A stretch of DNA of 64,000 nt from Narcine bancroftii (Eukaryota). Shown here one piece after another: positions 58,526 to 64,000 of the stretch (positions are counted from its first letter, which is position 1; each line of letters starts with the position of its first letter). Under the pieces are notes generated by a model. It was not told the DNA's origin and did not search any database. It worked only from the letters and a program-made list of their open reading frames with translations. Both the position numbers and the translations under genes were made by a program. The stretch is from NCBI RefSeq assembly GCF_036971445.1, contig NC_091470.1:192758001-192822000 (forward strand), in the 5' to 3' direction.

Positions 58526-59479
58526 GGACAAGTTTAGGAAACAGGTTGCTCTTGTCCGTTGTTTCTGACTGAGGCGAGGGGTCTGGTGCTGGATCCATGA
58601 CATCTCCCCTTGTCCGAACACTCACACGTATTGACCCACGACAGGTATTCCCACACTGTCTCGACCTCACATCACTGAGCAGCACCTAACAGGAGATGCT
58701 TTGTCTTCTTTCTCCCAGTGACCAGGGAGTTCCTGGGGGCATGGACTCAGGGACTACTGCAGCCAGGGGACTGTCCTGCTGACACCCCCTACCCCTCTGA
58801 GAAGGGCTCGCAATTGGGAGTGCCCCACCCCGCCAGCCTTCACCTACCTTCCTTCTCCTCCATCCCCAGACGTGTTGTCTATCTCCTTCACTCCCCACAC
58901 TTCCTGCGTTCTCAAAGGACCTTTCCCCTTCAAAGTGCAGCCGGGAGAGAGAAGGCAGCGGGCAGCACACCCGGTCCCCTGTTCACCACTGGCTGGGTGG
59001 GGGTGGTGGGGACAGGAAGGCAGGAGAGGGAGAGGGGAAATGTCAGATGAGAGCCGGGAGGTCTGTCCCATGAAGTGTCGACAGGCGGTCTAATTGATGG
59101 CAGGCACTCTCTCGTCCCCTAGTCCTGGCTCGTCTCTGTGGGCCAGCGGAGGGCTGCAGTGCCCTCAGTCACTGCTCAGACACCGCACCCTGTCCCGCAC
59201 GACTGCAGCTCATCCTCCTTCCCCCTACCCGACACCAAAATAGCCACCAGTGGAGCTGGTGGATGAGGGACGGCCTTTCACGGCCCCTCCCTCTACCGGC
59301 AGCCAGCCACCCATCCCCCACCCCTCTGGTTTGCAGGTCAATCACTTAATGAGCTTCTGACCCAGGCAGCTGCTGATGGGCGGCATCTGCAGGCTGCTGC
59401 CATCCTGAGCAGGGGCAGGATGGGACCACCAAGCTGGTACACGGACAACCGCAAAGGCATTAGGATGACCGTGCTGGCT

Positions 59480-61020
59480 CTCGGATCCCAGCCCTGGCAC
59501 AGGGACCCCCAGCCCTGGCACAGGGACCCCTAATGCTGGCACTTGGATCTCAGCCATGGCATTTGGATCTCAGCCATGTCATTGGGATTCAGATCCTAAC
59601 CCTGACACGGGCACCCCCCAGCACTGGTACTCAGATCCCAGCACTGGCATAGGGTCCCCCAGCCCTGGTACAGGGACACCCAGCGCTGGCTCAGGGACCC
59701 TCAGCCTTTGCGTAGGGACCCCCATCATTGGCACAGATCCTAGCCCTGGCACGGGGACCCTCAGCCCGGACACAGGGACCCTCAGCCCGGGAACGGGGAC
59801 CCTCAGCCCGGGCACGGGGACCCTCAGCCCTGGCACGGGGACCCTCAGCCCTGGCACAGGGACCCTCAGCCCTGGTACAGGGACCCTCAGCCCTGGCACA
59901 GGAACCCCCATCACTGACACTCGGATCCCAGCACTGGCATGGGGACCCTCAGCCCTGGCACAGGAAATCCCAGCCCTAGCATAGGGACCCCTAACGCTGG
60001 CACTTGGATCTCAGCCATTACACTTGGATCTCAGCCATGGCACGGGTAACCCCAGCACTGGTACACGGATCCCAGCGCTGGCACAGGGACCCCCAGCCCT
60101 GGTACAAGGACCCCCAGCACTAGCACGGGGACACCCAGCACTGGCACACAGATCCTAGCCCTGGCATGGAAATCCCCAGCCCTGGCATGGGGTCCCCAGC
60201 ACTGGCACGGATCTCAGCCCTGGCAGAGAGACCTCAGCCCTGGCAGAGAGACAGCCCTGGCACAGGGACCCCCAGCCCTGGCACGGGGACCCCCAGCCCT
60301 GGCACGGATCTCAGCCCTGGCAGAGAGACCTCAGCCCTGGCACAGGGACCCCCAGCCCTGGCACAGGAACCCCCATCACTGACACTCGGATCCCAGCACT
60401 GGCATGGGGACCCTTAGCCCTGGCACAGGAAACCCCAGCCCTAGCATAGGGACACCTAACGCTGGCATTTGGATCTCAGCCATGACACTTGGATCTCAGC
60501 CATGGCACGGGTACCCCCAGCACTGGTACTCGGATCCCAGCGCTGGCACAGGGACCCCCAGCCCTGGTACAAGGACCCCCAGCACTAGCACAGGGACACC
60601 CAGCACTGGCACACAGATCCTAGCCCTGGCATGGAAATCCCCAGCCCTGGCACAGGGACCCCCAGCCCTGGCACAGGGACCCCCAGCCCTGGCACAGGGA
60701 CCCCCAGCCCTGGCACAGATTTCAGCCCTGGCCGAGAGACCTCAGCCCTGGCACAGGAACCCCCATCACTGACACTCGGATCCCAGCACTGGCATGGGGA
60801 CCTTCAGCCCTGGCACAGGAAACCCCAGCCCTAGCATAGGGACCCCTAATGCTGGCACTTGGATCTCAGCCATGACACTTGGATCTCAGCCATGGCACGG
60901 GTATCCCCAGCACTGGCACTCAGATCCCAGCCCTGGTACGGGGGCCCCCAGAATTGGGATGGGGACCCCCATCCCTGGCACGGGGACCCACACAATAGCA
61001 CAGGGACACAGCACTGGCAG
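59480..61020. repeat. 21-bp minisatellite (cagccctggcacagggacccc) with ~0.4-kb higher-order units
   Basis: The marker ccccatcactgacactcggatcccagcactggcatgggg recurs near 59906, 60371 and 60761. Confidence 0.93.
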
Positions 61021-61079
61021 TGGGCTCAGCAATGGTATTTGTTACCAGGCTGCTGGTTGCTGGGTCGTGTGGGGGAGGG

Positions 61080-61610
61080 AGAATGGAAAGTGGGAGACAG
61101 TTTGAAATCCAGAGGGGAGTGGAAAATTGGAGGGTGGGGTGGAAAGTTGTAGGGGGGGTGGAAAGTTGGAGGGGAGGGTGGAAAGTTGGAGGGGGTGGAA
61201 AGTTGGAGGGAGGGAGGTGGAAAGTTGGAGGGAGGGGGTGGAAATTTGGGGGGTGGAAAGTTGAAGGGAATGGAAAGTTGGAGGGGGGTGGACAGTTAGG
61301 AGGGGGGGCGGACAGTTGGAGGGGAGTGGACAGTTGGAGGGGAGTGGACAGTTGGAGGGGAGTGGACAGTGGGGGTGTGTGGAAAGTTGGGGGGGTGGAA
61401 TGTTGGACGGAGGGGGGTGGAAAGTTGGACGGAGGGGGGTGGAAAGTTGGACGGAGGGGGGTGGAAAGTTGGGGGGTGGAAAGTTGGAGGGAGTGGAAAA
61501 TTGGGGGGGTTGTGGAAAGTTGGAGGGAGGGGGGTGGAAAGTTGGAGGCAGGGGGGTGGAAAGTTGGAAGGGGGACTGGAAATCCGGAGGGGAGGGGGGT
61601 GGAAAGTCGG
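61080..61610. repeat. ~20-bp G-rich minisatellite (ggtggaaagttggagggg)
   Basis: Visible tandem copies. Confidence 0.9.
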
Positions 61611-62339
61611 CGAGGAATCGAGAGGCTGTAGTCAGGCTGACAGCAGCGGCAGATGTGAGAGTAGAGAGCTTCGAGCAACTGGTGTAAACTCAACGTGGAT
61701 CAGCGCTGGTTCGTCAACAAGGCATTTCTAACCCGGCCTGTTCCCAGCTCCATTGCCAACATACGTCACACTTTGTTCTCACCAGACAGATATTTCATGG
61801 CTCGCAGCACACAGCTATTTTAAGCTCCCTAACCTTTCCTAAAACCTCCACGCACGGAGAGGCTGTGACCCCAGTGTCCCCTTCATAACACCTTCACCCA
61901 CACAGGCCCCCACCCAACACCACGGGAGAGGGAGCCTCACGCTGGGGGAGGGGTGGTGAGGGAGCCCTGTACTGGGGCAATGGTGGTGGGGGGGGGGGGG
62001 GATGAGGGAGCCTGTGTTCCAAATGCATTGCAGTAGTGTCCACGCTCATCCCCTGGGGTGCAGAACGAGCTACGGTGAGAGCAGCAGGTTCCTTCCACGG
62101 GGACAGATGTGTCACATCAGGACACAAACTCTCTGGGCTGTAATCCCAACCCTCTCTCTCCCCTCCACGAACACTGCTTGACAAACTGAGTCTCCCCTAC
62201 AGCGTGGATCATGCTCCAGTTTCGAAACCCTGCGCCTGAACTCCACCACTCGATTCCTTCCTCGCGGGGAGCGGAGACACAGCGCTCTCCCACGGGGTTC
62301 AACCGCCCAGTCTGACTGACATCGGCTATGTACAGGCTT

Positions 62340-62905
62340 TGAACAATCCGTTAGCGACCGCGGGATCTGCGCCCAAGATGGCGGCGCCTGTGATCGGCAG
62401 CGGTCACGAGGGGTTGCAGACTCCAGGGGAGTGGAGGACTAGTGCAAGGCACCAGAAAATGTGGAGACCACAACCCCGTTTGAGAAAGGGAAGCAGAGGA
62501 GATGACTCACAGGATGGTGACCACGGTGGCGGTGAGGGGTTTCTGTGTCTGGAGAAATACACAAGTGGCGGGCTTGAGGCAAGGAGCCCACGCAGGCTGG
62601 GGGCTACGGTCAAGGGACTCACACCAGGCTGCAGGGGGACTAGGTATGGAAACCGGGATGCCGAGGGCACTGAAGGGTCCCTGATTGTGTTAGACGTTTG
62701 GATCTCGATCTTGGGCTGTGACAGTTTGGTCTAGACCCCGTGCGGCTCAAGGGAGGCGAATCCACGGACACTCGGTGGGGTCTCTCTTTTGCTTCCTTCT
62801 CTCAGGCAATTTCAGCTGATGGCGAATCTACGGCCGACAAAAACAATATCTGTGTAATATTATACTGCCTTTATTACATGACAATAGATTGAATCTTGAA
62901 TCAGA
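62340..62905 (+). mobile_element. Short retroposon-like element with CpG-rich head and ttgaatc tail
   Basis: CAAGATGGCGGC at 62374-62385; ends acatgacaatagattgaatcttgaatc, like a LINE tail. Confidence 0.4.
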
Positions 62906-64000
62906 AGGGCTTGTAAACACCAACCTTCAGATTCAAGGAGAGCTCGTTCCAGATATTATCAGATGCTGAAATGGACACATGCCTGCTGTGTACACTTTAA
63001 CTCTATCTTCCGTAATACTCAGTGGATATCTCATATCTCAGTGGATGTGTCAATGGGAGAGGTCCAGAGAAGGGGCCCCCACCATGGCAGCTGACTTGCA
63101 GGGCATGCTAATGGCCAGCAGATGGTGGTGATGTGGCACAGGCCGGTGAGCGGAGATTTTGGTTGGACACTGTGGTCTTCATCTGAGTGGACAGGCCTGG
63201 GGGAAGGGGAGGGGGCGGTGGTGGAAGGAGCGCTGGTGGGAAGGGGGCGGGGGGGGAAGGAAAGCCCGTGAAGGGGGGAGGAATGCCGGGGAGGGGGGAG
63301 CTCCAAGGAAAGGAATGCCAGGAGAGAAAGGTGCTCCAGGGGGAGGGGGGGGAACTTCAGGGAAGGTAACTCCAGGAGGGGGGGGGAACTCTGGTAGCAT
63401 GGGGAGGGTGCTCTGGGGGAGGGGAGAGTGCTCTGGACAGGAGTGGGGGGGGGGAAACTCTGGTAGCATGGGGAGGATGCTCTGGGGGAGGGGAGAGTGC
63501 TCTGGACAGGAGTGGGGGGGGCAGGAGGCAGGAAAACTGGTTTGTAGGTGCCCAAGGGATGGGGCTGGAGGGGCAGAATGTTCCCAGACTGTGGCCTGTC
63601 CCAGAACGATGCAGCTGATCCCTGTGCCCAAGAACAAATCTTTAGGAATGCCACTGGCTGCAACAGGCACTGGAAATGTCACTCTCTGGGAACGTCGGAC
63701 ACGGGGAGCGTCGGCCAGAGGAAAAGGTAGTCTCTGGGACTATTGCATACTGAAAATGTCTAGCATGGGTCTGCAGCTCTCCAGGAAGACCCCTGGGCAC
63801 TGGGAATGCCACATTGTGGGAACCACCACACTCACTGCTGTCCACTTTACCCAGGACTGGGGAAACCGGGGGCTGTGCTCCAAGCACATTACCGAGTGGA
63901 GAATACCTCGCCGTTCCTTCACCGTCACTGGGTCAACACCCCGGACTCCCTCCCTGGCACCACGGAGCCATACCACGAGGGGCGCAGTGGCCAATGGGCA

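Noticed and set aside
59556-61731. Mucin-like SPGTGT and Gly-rich ORFs
   Set aside because: They derive from the 21-bp and ~20-bp minisatellites, are open on both strands, and show no exon signals.
61894-62184. Peptide WDYSPESLCPD...PWKEPA resembling the CAMTA TIG start (TDYSPEWSYPE...GPW)
   Set aside because: Spacing and key residues (WSY, GGVKVLI, SCLFD) are missing and no fitting splice sites were found; probably chance. A TBLASTN with CAMTA2 would settle it.

Overview
Vertebrate nuclear DNA. The repeat complement (CR1, Rex1/Babar, RTE, Penelope-like, V-SINE-like, GC-rich minisatellites) suggests a cartilaginous fish; this is inference. The window holds the 3' part of a calmodulin-binding transcription activator gene, best matching CAMTA2, on the minus strand. 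I traced 12 coding exons from 57977 to the stop at 12487, all splicing in frame (~639 aa: post-TIG helix, ankyrin repeats, four IQ/IQ-like motifs). They include a 21-nt LTWIALK microexon and a probable GC-AG intron. I could not find the CG-1/TIG exons, which probably lie beyond 64000. The last intron (25.25 kb) is almost entirely a ~30-bp GC-rich satellite with recent 4.06-kb and 4.93-kb tandem duplications. On the transcribed strand its monomers carry branch-point/QKI-like CUAAC/CUGAC motifs. Downstream of the gene is a near full-length decayed CR1 containing a young L1 derivative (14-bp TSD, poly-A, intact ORF1, ORF2 almost wholly deleted) and an RTE fragment. There are no prokaryotic features or CRISPR arrays. 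Homology calls come from recalled protein sequences, not database searches, and repeat boundaries are approximate.
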